A DNA stretch of 64,000 nt from Cytophagales bacterium (GTDB lineage Bacteria; Bacteroidota; Bacteroidia; Cytophagales; UBA9547), in assembly GCA_013297755.1 (NCBI GenBank), contig JAAFIH010000027.1, positions 3,666 through 67,665 of the forward strand, read 5' to 3'. Below are positions 44,158-53,266 of the stretch, in pieces; positions within the stretch are counted from its first letter, which is position 1, and every line of letters starts with the position of its first letter. The position numbers were made by a program, and so were the translations under genes. The notes beneath the pieces were generated by a model. That model saw nothing but the letters and a program-made list of their open reading frames with translations. It was not told where the DNA came from and did not search any database.

Positions 44158-46644
44158 ATGCTTAAAAAATTACTTAAAATTTCGACAATCGCTTCACTAG
44201 CAATGGCTTTGCATACACAAGCCCAAACTCAGGTACATCCATTGACTGGTGCCACAATAACAGGTGCAATCGTTACATCTATTGCAGAAGTACAAACAAT
44301 TATTGGTAGTCGCCTTGCTTTGTGTGATGACAAATCCCCATTTCTCAATATGACTGTAACAGTACGTGGTAGAATGGTGGCACCAGGTAGGGTAACATTT
44401 CCTGCCATGACTATAGATGGTATTGCTTATCCTACAACAACTGTTGTTAATGCTGTTGGTAATGGAGGACAAGAACTTTATATTCAACAAGGGATGATAG
44501 CAGGTTTGTCAGTAAGACGTTCTGGATCTGGTACTTCAAAAAATTATAACGGTCCTAATTTAACATCTTTACTTGCTGGAGACAGTGTAGAAATTACTGG
44601 AAATCTTAATGAATTTCGTGGTATGTCTCAATTAGAACCTATCAATGTAAGTATCATTGGAGTAAATTCTATTGCAGGTCTTCCAGCCCTTGTCGATGGA
44701 AATCAACTAGAAGGAATTGCTCCTCTCACGATTAGCAATCTCGGCAATTTGAATAATTCAAATCGAATAAATAACCTTGAAGATGGCGAAAAATATGAAG
44801 GCATGTATGTGGAATTAAGGAATGTTAGAGTACAAGAAGTAAGCCCAGCACCACCTTATACCAATGCCTCTCGTCCATATATTGTTTTGGTAGATGACGA
44901 TGGAAATCAAGTTATTATAAATGATAGATTCAAAGCTGGCAGACTAGCCATTGGCTCTTCTACTAGTAGTTCTAGTCCTGTAATTGCAGGAGAAGGTCGA
45001 TTAATAGTTCCTTTAGTTGGACAAAAATATAAATCAATAAAAGGAATGTTGTATCATGCCAAAACACAGCAATCTACCAATGGTTGTTCGTCTGCAACTG
45101 GCGAGTTTGAAACTTTTCCAGCTGCTAGCTACCAAATTCATCCTTGGCATCCTTCTCAGTTTGATTTAGATCCTAATTTTTCGCCAATCATATCTAGTGT
45201 TTCATTTGCTCCATTAGCTCCTTCTACATCAAGTAATATTACCATTTCTGCCAATGTTTCTCCACAATCATCTTTTAACATTTCTTCAGCTGGAGTATAT
45301 TTTTCTACTGATACACTAAATTATGATTCTTGGTCGAGTGTAGCCATGACATCTACTGGAAATCAATTCTCCGCCAATATTCCCAATACTTTTGCAGATG
45401 GACAAATGGTATTTTTTTATGTTGTAGCTTCAGACAATCGTGGTCTTACTTCTGTTTTTCCTAATGTACCTACTTCAATTAGTGGTATCAAAGGAAATTC
45501 AAAGCCAAATATGCTTGTTGTTCGCAATGGTGGTCTTACCATCAAAGATATACAATATACCCCATTTTCAAATGGACGTTCTCCTTATGAAGGTAAAGTT
45601 GTAACAGTATCTGGTATTGTTACTGCTACCGTTAAAGATGGTGAGCAAAACATGAGCAATGTAGTTATCCAACAAGAAAATGCCACAGAGTGGGCTGGTT
45701 TACTGTTACAAACCAATTCGCTACTAAGCAATGCAGCCATGGGAAGCAAAATAACTGTGCAAGGAAGAGTAACCGAAATTACTGCTGGTGGTGCATCTAC
45801 ATTTACAACTATGGATAATATTGCAAGTGTAGTTGCCAATGGTACAGGTTCTATTACACCACTTACACTATCAGTAAACACATTTAGTGGGGCTTATAAT
45901 TTCAAAAACCACGAAAAATTTGAAGGGATGTTGGTAAAATTGGTAAATCCAATCGCAAATGAAAATTTATTTGTAGTAGATGCCAATGCAGACTCAGACC
46001 CTCGTTTTACTTCAAATACTCAAGGCGAGTATAGAATTGGTACAGATACCATGACAATCAAAAACTTGGCAACAACACTTACAGGAGCTGCTAAAAACAC
46101 TTTAATTGCAGGTACAAGAGTACTAACTGGTCGTAATAGTTCTGCAACTTCTCCTAACTCTCAGTACGTTTCTTTGATTGCTCAACAAACGACTGCCACT
46201 GGATCTGCCCAAAAATCTATTGTAGAAGCCAATACAGGTGTCAATGCAGTCATTGCTAGCTCCAAAGTAAGTTTCAAATCGATGACTGGTATAGTGCAAC
46301 ATTCGTTTGGAAATATGAAATTATTACCAAGAAATAATGCAGACATTGAACTTATATCGATTTTAGGAGTTACATACTCATTTACTGGTCAGAACACTCC
46401 AGATAGAGTAGTGGCCAATATTTACCCTAATCCTACATCAGGTCAATTAAATATTGATTTTACTAATTCAGGTTCTTATCTTTTAGAAATTGCCAACATA
46501 CAAGGTCAGTCAATTTACCAAGAAAAAATAAATACCTCAAAAACAACTGTTGATTTATCAACCAAAAATGCAGGGGTTTATATACTAAAAATAACAAATA
46601 CAAATTCTGGGTTTTCATATTTTCAAAAATTAATTTTAAAATAA
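44158..46644 (+). CDS. T9SS-secreted protein with repeated YhcR/ExeM-NucH-type OB-fold-like modules, no nuclease domain
   Basis: The OB-like modules are LNMTVTVRGRMVAPG...ELYIQQG...LLAGDSVEITGNLNEFRGMSQLEP and YEGKVVTVSGIVTATVKDG...VVIQQE...GSKITVQGRVTEITAGG. The CTD is NIYPNPTSGQLNIDF...GVYILKITNTNSGFSYFQKLILK. Confidence 0.65.
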   Translation: MLKKLLKISTIASLAMALHTQAQTQVHPLTGATITGAIVTSIAEVQTIIGSRLALCDDKSPFLNMTVTVRGRMVAPGRVTFPAMTIDGIAYPTTTVVNAVGNGGQELYIQQGMIAGLSVRRSGSGTSKNYNGPNLTSLLAGDSVEITGNLNEFRGMSQLEPINVSIIGVNSIAGLPALVDGNQLEGIAPLTISNLGNLNNSNRINNLEDGEKYEGMYVELRNVRVQEVSPAPPYTNASRPYIVLVDDDGNQVIINDRFKAGRLAIGSSTSSSSPVIAGEGRLIVPLVGQKYKSIKGMLYHAKTQQSTNGCSSATGEFETFPAASYQIHPWHPSQFDLDPNFSPIISSVSFAPLAPSTSSNITISANVSPQSSFNISSAGVYFSTDTLNYDSWSSVAMTSTGNQFSANIPNTFADGQMVFFYVVASDNRGLTSVFPNVPTSISGIKGNSKPNMLVVRNGGLTIKDIQYTPFSNGRSPYEGKVVTVSGIVTATVKDGEQNMSNVVIQQENATEWAGLLLQTNSLLSNAAMGSKITVQGRVTEITAGGASTFTTMDNIASVVANGTGSITPLTLSVNTFSGAYNFKNHEKFEGMLVKLVNPIANENLFVVDANADSDPRFTSNTQGEYRIGTDTMTIKNLATTLTGAAKNTLIAGTRVLTGRNSSATSPNSQYVSLIAQQTTATGSAQKSIVEANTGVNAVIASSKVSFKSMTGIVQHSFGNMKLLPRNNADIELISILGVTYSFTGQNTPDRVVANIYPNPTSGQLNIDFTNSGSYLLEIANIQGQSIYQEKINTSKTTVDLSTKNAGVYILKITNTNSGFSYFQKLILK

Positions 46645-47040
46645 TACATTAAAAAAATCCATTTCAAGCCCCTCCCTTTTATGGGGAGTGGTTGGGGTGG
46701 GGTTTTTATTATTCTTTAAAATAAAAAATGTGTAAGCATAAAAAATTACAAAAAGTCCATTTTAAGTCCCTCCCCTTGGGGTTCTGCGAAATCGTAGCAG
46801 AATTTGTTAGGGTGGGGTTATAAATCAGCTCAAGCCCCTTGTCCTTTGAGAAGGGTTTGGGTGAGGCTTTTGAAATAATACAACATATCTTTTCTTTAAA
46901 AGAAAGGATATGTTTAATCTAAATTTATAATTTTTAAAATCTTATGAATCATTTAATCATAAAAATCAAAGTTTAGACAATTTAAAAACTCCGCTTTCAA
47001 GTCCCCTTCGGGGGTTTGGGGGCTTTTAAACACACAAACA
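46645..47040 (+). repeat. Mosaic intergenic repeat array (GC hairpin words)
   Basis: At least four words are present. The first two are cccctcccttttatggggagtggttggggtggggttttt and tccctccccttggggttctgcgaaatcgtagcagaatttgttagggtggggtt. The last two are gccccttgtcctttgagaagggtttgggtgaggctttt and tccccttcgggggtttgggggctttt. Confidence 0.9.
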
Positions 47041-47041
47041 A

Positions 47042-48502
47042 GTGAATACATTGAAATACTTATACTTATTAGCATCACTTACTTTTTTTGTTTTCTCTTG
47101 CAAAGATCGCTCTGGAGACTTAAATGTATCAAAAACACCTGAAACATCTATTTTTGTATCTACTATCAATCTTGGAGGTATCAATAGCTTGTCAGGAAAT
47201 ATTAAATTGAATTGGAGTGGCGAATCGCCCAACGGTTTTATCAAATCTTATGAATTTGCCATAGACTATAACTCTTGTACCAATGATGTTGCTGCACTCA
47301 ATGCTTTGACTTGGACTAAAACATCAAAAACCGATAGTACATTTTTATTCAACATCCCTAAAGGGCAAATTTTTTCTAAAGTTACTTTTTATGTACGAGC
47401 CATAGACCAATTGGATTTGAAAGATGCAACTCCAGCTTGTCTTGAGATTCCCATTAAAAATTCTATACCTACCATTACTTTTGATAAATTGTATAATGCT
47501 AAAGTAATTTACGATACCATCCATAGCGTTTTTACACTAAGCTGGAAAGCCGATGATGTAGATGGTGCCGCCAATTTAGACTCCGTTTTTATCAAAATAA
47601 ATGACAGCAAATGGGTAGGATTGCCCAAGTCGATCAATCAAGTTACTTTTGTGCCACTCAATCCATCGTCTATGGATTCTACTTTTTGTAAAATTCTTAC
47701 AGGAAACGATGCCAAATTATTCTCAAAAAATATTGCTGGATTACGACTAAATAGTAGTAATAGACTAATGATAAAATCAAAAGACATTAGCAATAGTTTT
47801 AGTAAAATTGACAGTACAAATCTATTTTATTGCAAACGAAAAATTAGCGATTTATTGTATATAGACGCTTTTTCTACCAATGAAGACCTCAATATACTTA
47901 ATCCAATATTCAATGATTTATTTCCTCAAGGCGTTGATAAAATTAATTTAATTTCTTTTAAACCTTTATTGTGGAATATTACATTCAAAGAATATCTAAA
48001 ATTGTATAAAAAAGTATATTGGAATAATGATGACTCAAATTTGTTAGAACTAGCCTCATCCTCCTTAGAAAGTTATTTGTCTGATGGCGGCAAAATTTTA
48101 ATCTCCTCTGAAGTAAATGTAAGAGATAACAATTCACCACTTATTAGATTTGCTCCTTTTGATAGTTTATCCAATAATGAAAATGTACAACCACGAATAA
48201 ATACATTAAATACAATTACAGGTTATGGAACAAACGAAACTTATAAATTATCATCTAGTCAAACTTTAATAAATGTTTACACGCAATATCCAAAAGTAAA
48301 TGCAGATTCTTACCTAAAATTAGTAAATAAACCAACTACAAATACTGCTTGGTTAGGTACAAATATTATTGCCTCTATGACTAAAAGAAACAACAAACCC
48401 AACCAAATTTTCTTTACCATTCCATTACACCGGCTCAATGGCAACCCTACTGAACTCAAAAATCTATTAAACCAAATCCTAAATACAGAATTTGCTGACT
48501 GA
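47042..48502 (+). CDS. Hypothetical lipoprotein (486 aa), translationally coupled to the TonB-dependent receptor
   Basis: It has a GTG start. The lipobox is LTFFVFSCKD. FN3-like segments are present (LNWSGESPNGFIKSYEF, LSWKADDVDGAANLDSVFIKI). The stop overlaps the next start (TGATG). Confidence 0.6.
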   Translation: MNTLKYLYLLASLTFFVFSCKDRSGDLNVSKTPETSIFVSTINLGGINSLSGNIKLNWSGESPNGFIKSYEFAIDYNSCTNDVAALNALTWTKTSKTDSTFLFNIPKGQIFSKVTFYVRAIDQLDLKDATPACLEIPIKNSIPTITFDKLYNAKVIYDTIHSVFTLSWKADDVDGAANLDSVFIKINDSKWVGLPKSINQVTFVPLNPSSMDSTFCKILTGNDAKLFSKNIAGLRLNSSNRLMIKSKDISNSFSKIDSTNLFYCKRKISDLLYIDAFSTNEDLNILNPIFNDLFPQGVDKINLISFKPLLWNITFKEYLKLYKKVYWNNDDSNLLELASSSLESYLSDGGKILISSEVNVRDNNSPLIRFAPFDSLSNNENVQPRINTLNTITGYGTNETYKLSSSQTLINVYTQYPKVNADSYLKLVNKPTTNTAWLGTNIIASMTKRNNKPNQIFFTIPLHRLNGNPTELKNLLNQILNTEFAD

Positions 48503-51441
48503 TGAAAAATAAATTTTACAAAGCTATTATCACATTATTATTACTATCTTTTGCATCTTTTGCCCAAGAAACAAGCAATTTGGCTGTTTTAAATGGTATA
48601 ATCAAAGACAAAATCTCTGGCGAACCTCTCATAGGTGCTACCATTCAATTGATTGGCTCTTACAAAGCTGCTGTAACAGATTTGGATGGAAAATACGAAA
48701 TAAAAGACATTAAACCAGGTGATTATAACATAAAGATTTCTTACATTGGCTATGCAGATAAAATTTATAATGGTATTAAAATAGCCTCTGGTTCTCCCAA
48801 AACTTTGAGTGTGGATATGGTAGAAGTTGGCAATACGCTTGGCGAGGTTTTGATTGAGGGCGAAAAAACTTTAGTTGATTTAGAAGACGGTAAATCAAAA
48901 TTTAAAATTACTTCTGACGACATCAAAGAAATGAATGTGCGTGATGTGCAACAAATTGTAGCACTCCAACCTGGCGTAAACCAAACCCCAGATGGTATTC
49001 AGATTCGTGGAAGTCGAGCCTACGAAACTTCTTATTATGTAGATGGCATTTCTGCCCAAGATCCTTTGGCGGGTACTGGCTTTGGTGTAGGTGTCAATGC
49101 CAATTCTATCCAACAATTAGATGTTATTACTGGTGGTGCAGGTGCCGAATATGGCGATGCTGTCGCTGGGGTCATTGCTACAAAAATACGTGAAGGGGGC
49201 GACAAATGGCGAGCAACAGGTAATTGGATTACCGACAACCAAACCCGTTTGTGGAACTCTTCTTCTATGGGTTGGAACACTGACAATGTCAATTTTGGTA
49301 TTGGTGGCCCAATTATCAAGAAAAAACTTACCTTTTTCTCCAGTATTGATATGAATCTTACAGACGAATACACCTCTGTACCCAACGAGCCTTGCATTAC
49401 TGGCCAACCTTGTCTTACCAAAGATAGTCGATTTAAAGCTACTCAATTAGTAAGTTCTTTGCACGATAATGTAGAAAAAAACGATATTAGTTTCTCCAAA
49501 TTATTTGCTCCCCGACAAGACAACCGTTGGGCAAATACGCTAAAATTGGCCTACACCATAGGCAATGGCATGAAAATAACCATTACCAACCAATCCAGTT
49601 TGGCCATCAATCAAAACACTCGATCGCTACAAGTAGTAGGTTTCGACCAAGTTTTTTCGCCTGGTTTTCAATATAGGTTTAGCCGAAATATGGATAATGC
49701 CACTACATATACTAATCAAACAAATCTTACTTCTCTCAACTTCAAGCATTTTTTTGGAAAACAATGGAATTATGACATTACACTTGGTCGTATGTTTTCA
49801 AATCTAAGAGCCGATGCCAACGGTCGCCCTTTCAGGCCCGAAACTATCGATCAAGTCTACGATGCCGAATCTATTGTGTCTGACCCTGTTACAGTGTATG
49901 GCAACTCGCCCAATCCCCAAATCAAATATGTAAATCCTGGCCCTGGGTATGTAAACAACGGTGGAATTAGCAGTGTGTGGCACGATCATTATGTACAAGA
50001 AATTACTTTTAAAGGCAAAATTACACGAACATCAGAAAACAAAAAAAGTACTTTTACAGCAGGTATAGAACATATAGAACAAGAATTTCAGTGGGCTGAT
50101 GTAGACAAACCTTGGGTAGGTGCTCCAATCAAAATCAATAGCCAATTATCCACCCCCTCCACAAGTGTTGGCTCAAAAAGCGATATTTGGAAAGTAAATC
50201 CTTGTAAAGGTGGTATTTTCATCAACGAAGACCTAAAATACAAAGGCATTATTGCCTCATTTGGACTCAGGCTAGATTATTGGGCTTTTGGAAAATACGT
50301 AGACGATGCCATAAACGACCCCATTTCGCCAATTTCTGAAGCAGGTCGACTAAAATACAAAGAAAGTTCTCTAGATTTGGGACGAAGATTTCAGGCTCGT
50401 TTGTTGCCAAACCTCAATGTTTCTTTTCCTATTACGGATAACAATGTGTTGTATTTTAATTACAGCCACGCTAAGCGTTTAGAGCATCCTCGTTATTATT
50501 ACCAAGCCCTTAATCCCGAATTTCAATCCCGAAGTTTTTTGTCTGAAGTAGGCAACCCAACTCTCAAACCTCAAACTACTGTGGCTTATGAATTAGGTTA
50601 TAAATCTCAAATTACTCAAAACACGGCCATAGAATTTAAAGCTTTTTATAAAGACATTTTCGATTATGTAACCAAACGTCAGGCTGTATTGCTTGATAGA
50701 ACAGGTCAGTTTGTCGAACGACAAATTTACATCAACCAAGATTATGCCCGTGTGCGTGGCATCGAGTTTGTGTATTCTCAACGTATAGCTCGTTCTTTTA
50801 GAACTGTAGCCAGTGTAACCTACCAAATAGCCACTGGCAAAGCCAATTCTGCAGCAGAAGCCACTTTGCAAATCAGGCAACAAGGTTTTGTAGGTGCCAA
50901 TAAAGAACGCCCTCTTGTATGGGATACCCCTATAGACGCTAAATTGACCCTTATTTTTACCCCAGATTCTACCTGGAAAATTGGTCGTTTCAAACTCAAT
51001 GGTTTTAGATTTTTCCTAAGTTCTGTTTTCAAATCCAATAATATGAGATACACCCCTCAAATTGTTACCTACAAAACCGATATTCAACGCATCAACAATC
51101 CCAACGATTTCAGAAATGCCTACGAGGATCATCCAGTATTGAGAGACACAGAATTAAGCCAAGCTATGTTTTGGACTGATTTGAAAATAAGTCGAGATTT
51201 TACTGTGGCCAAAAAATTGAATATGTCTGTATCTTTAGAATTTAAAAATATTTTTAATAATCAAAATTCTCAAATAGTCAATAAAGTTACAGGTCGTGCC
51301 TATTCTGATGGCGATCAATTGCCCATTAGTGATAGAGATCCTTATTACCAAAATCCACAAGACAACGGTGAGATGCCTTTCGATCCTGCACGTTTTCGGC
51401 AGCCAAGACAAATGTTGATAGGTATTTCGTTTAATATTTAA
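48502..51441 (+). CDS. TonB-dependent outer-membrane receptor with N-terminal CarboxypepD_reg domain
   Basis: The N-terminal domain reads LNGIIKDKISGEPLIGATIQLIGSYKAAVTDLDGKYEIKDIKPGDYNIKISYIGY. The plug is QQIVALQPGV...IQIRGSRAYETSYYVDGI. It has a long beta-barrel and a terminal aromatic residue (...LIGISFNI). Confidence 0.85.
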   Translation: MKNKFYKAIITLLLLSFASFAQETSNLAVLNGIIKDKISGEPLIGATIQLIGSYKAAVTDLDGKYEIKDIKPGDYNIKISYIGYADKIYNGIKIASGSPKTLSVDMVEVGNTLGEVLIEGEKTLVDLEDGKSKFKITSDDIKEMNVRDVQQIVALQPGVNQTPDGIQIRGSRAYETSYYVDGISAQDPLAGTGFGVGVNANSIQQLDVITGGAGAEYGDAVAGVIATKIREGGDKWRATGNWITDNQTRLWNSSSMGWNTDNVNFGIGGPIIKKKLTFFSSIDMNLTDEYTSVPNEPCITGQPCLTKDSRFKATQLVSSLHDNVEKNDISFSKLFAPRQDNRWANTLKLAYTIGNGMKITITNQSSLAINQNTRSLQVVGFDQVFSPGFQYRFSRNMDNATTYTNQTNLTSLNFKHFFGKQWNYDITLGRMFSNLRADANGRPFRPETIDQVYDAESIVSDPVTVYGNSPNPQIKYVNPGPGYVNNGGISSVWHDHYVQEITFKGKITRTSENKKSTFTAGIEHIEQEFQWADVDKPWVGAPIKINSQLSTPSTSVGSKSDIWKVNPCKGGIFINEDLKYKGIIASFGLRLDYWAFGKYVDDAINDPISPISEAGRLKYKESSLDLGRRFQARLLPNLNVSFPITDNNVLYFNYSHAKRLEHPRYYYQALNPEFQSRSFLSEVGNPTLKPQTTVAYELGYKSQITQNTAIEFKAFYKDIFDYVTKRQAVLLDRTGQFVERQIYINQDYARVRGIEFVYSQRIARSFRTVASVTYQIATGKANSAAEATLQIRQQGFVGANKERPLVWDTPIDAKLTLIFTPDSTWKIGRFKLNGFRFFLSSVFKSNNMRYTPQIVTYKTDIQRINNPNDFRNAYEDHPVLRDTELSQAMFWTDLKISRDFTVAKKLNMSVSLEFKNIFNNQNSQIVNKVTGRAYSDGDQLPISDRDPYYQNPQDNGEMPFDPARFRQPRQMLIGISFNI

Positions 51442-51454
51442 TATTTTAAAGATA

Positions 51455-52474
51455 ATGTTTAAGAATTTTATTTCAATATTATTTATTTTTTCTTACTCCA
51501 CTAAGGCCCAACTATTCCCTAATTTGGGTGGTCAGCGTACAGGTATATCTACACTTACATTTCTTAAAGAAGATGTCAGTCCACGCTCTATTGCTATGGG
51601 CGGTGCCACCACTACCCTCAAAGGCGATGCTTATGCTGCACACTGGAATCCCGCAGGGCTTACCGAAATTCCCAATCACTCCTTTGCAGCATCTGTACGT
51701 GTGTTTCCGGCTGCTATTACACATGCCTTTTTTGCAGCCAATTTCAAATTGCGTGAAACCGATGTATTGGCTTTTTCTATCAATAATTTTAATCTTGCCA
51801 ATCAAGAAGTTCGTACCGAATTTCAACCTCAGGGCACAGGTCAAAAATTTATTGCCAATAATATGGCCTTTACTGCCACTTACGCCAAAGCATTAACCTA
51901 TAAATTTAGTATGGGGCTATCCTTACGCTACATCAACGAGCGTATGGATATGTACACTGCCCACGCAGTAGCTGCCGATTTGGGTTTTATCTACAAAACA
52001 GATTTTAAAGATTTACGTTTTGGTATATTCTTACAAAATTTTGGTCCAAACTCCAAAGCCACTGGAGCGTATGTGCCACCTAGTTTTGCTAACAAAACTT
52101 TCGCCCCAGATGCTTATTCATTACCAAATGTTTTCAAATTAGGAGTAGCCATAGTACCTTTCAAAAAAAATAACCATTCAATAACCACTGCTGTCGAACT
52201 ACATTCGCCAAGCGACAATGCAGCCAATATTCGACTTGGGGTTGAATATAGCTATATGGAAATGTTTTTTGCCCGCACAGGCTATATGATTAATTTCAAC
52301 ACCTATATAATACCAACTTTTGGAGCAGGAGTCAAAGCCAATACCAAAGCAGGCACATTTTATATAACCTATTCGTTTGCAACATCACGTACATTTATGG
52401 GCACAAATCATGGCATAGGACTAGAATACATCATCAATAAACCAAAACAAGAAACCCCATTGAAAGATATTTAG
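51455..52474 (+). CDS. PorV/PorQ-family outer-membrane beta-barrel protein
   Basis: The N-terminal region GISTLTFLKEDVSPRSIAMGGATTTLKGDAYAAHWNPAGL matches the PorV/PorQ family signature as I recall it. At 339 aa it is barrel-sized. Confidence 0.65.
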   Translation: MFKNFISILFIFSYSTKAQLFPNLGGQRTGISTLTFLKEDVSPRSIAMGGATTTLKGDAYAAHWNPAGLTEIPNHSFAASVRVFPAAITHAFFAANFKLRETDVLAFSINNFNLANQEVRTEFQPQGTGQKFIANNMAFTATYAKALTYKFSMGLSLRYINERMDMYTAHAVAADLGFIYKTDFKDLRFGIFLQNFGPNSKATGAYVPPSFANKTFAPDAYSLPNVFKLGVAIVPFKKNNHSITTAVELHSPSDNAANIRLGVEYSYMEMFFARTGYMINFNTYIIPTFGAGVKANTKAGTFYITYSFATSRTFMGTNHGIGLEYIINKPKQETPLKDI

Positions 52475-53265
52475 TTGATTATTGATTATTGATTATTGAT
52501 TATTGATTATTGATTATTGATTATTAATTAAAATTCGTGCATTCGTGGCTTTATAAATGCGTTAGCTAATCCCCCTTCGGGGGTTTGGGGGCTTTTATTC
52601 AGAGGGCTTGGGGGCTTTTAAAAAAAACCTATTTCCCCCCCTCTTTTTTGGAGAGGTGGGGCAGGGGGGTGAGGCTTAAATATTGCGTTAGCATTAAAAA
52701 TAAAAAAAAATCCTATTTCCCCCTCCATAAGGAATGAGGGGGCAGTGGGTGGGGCTTTTTTAAGAATTGAGAATTGAGAATTGAGAATTGAGAATTGATT
52801 ATTGATTAAAATTCGTGCTAAGTGGCGATAAAATTGCTAATATCGCAATTTCCCCTTCGGGGGTTTGGGGGCTTTAAAAAATTAAAAAAAATCCTATTTC
52901 CCCCCTCCCTATGGGATGAGGGGGCAGGGGGTGGGGCTTTTTTAAGAATTAAGAATTGAGAATTGAGAATTGATTATTGATTAAAATTCGTGCATTCGTG
53001 GCTTTATAAATGCGTTAGCTAAGCCCCCTTCGGGGGTTTGGGGGCTTTTAAAAAAATCCTATTTCCTCCTCCATAAGGAATGAGGGGGCAGTGGGTGGGG
53101 CTTTTTTAAGAATTGAGAATTGAGAATTGAGAATTGAGAATTGATTATTGATTAAAATTCGTGCTAAGTGGCGATAAAATTGCTAATATCGCAATTTCCC
53201 CTTCAGGGGTTTGGGGGCTTTTATTCAGAGGGTTTGGGGGCTTTTAAAAACTAAAAAAATATAAA
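52475..53265 (+). repeat. ~790-bp higher-order mosaic repeat array
   Basis: (TTGATTA)x7 sits at the stop codon. Modules then alternate between two variants: X1 (aaattcgtgcattcgtggctttataaatgcgttagctaa) and X2 (aaattcgtgctaagtggcgataaaattgctaatatcgcaattt). Each is followed by ccccttcgggggtttgggggctttt, then tcctatttccccctcc...gagggggcagtgggtggggctttttt, then (GAGAATT)x3-5 GATTATTGATT. Confidence 0.9.
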
Positions 53266-53266
53266 T

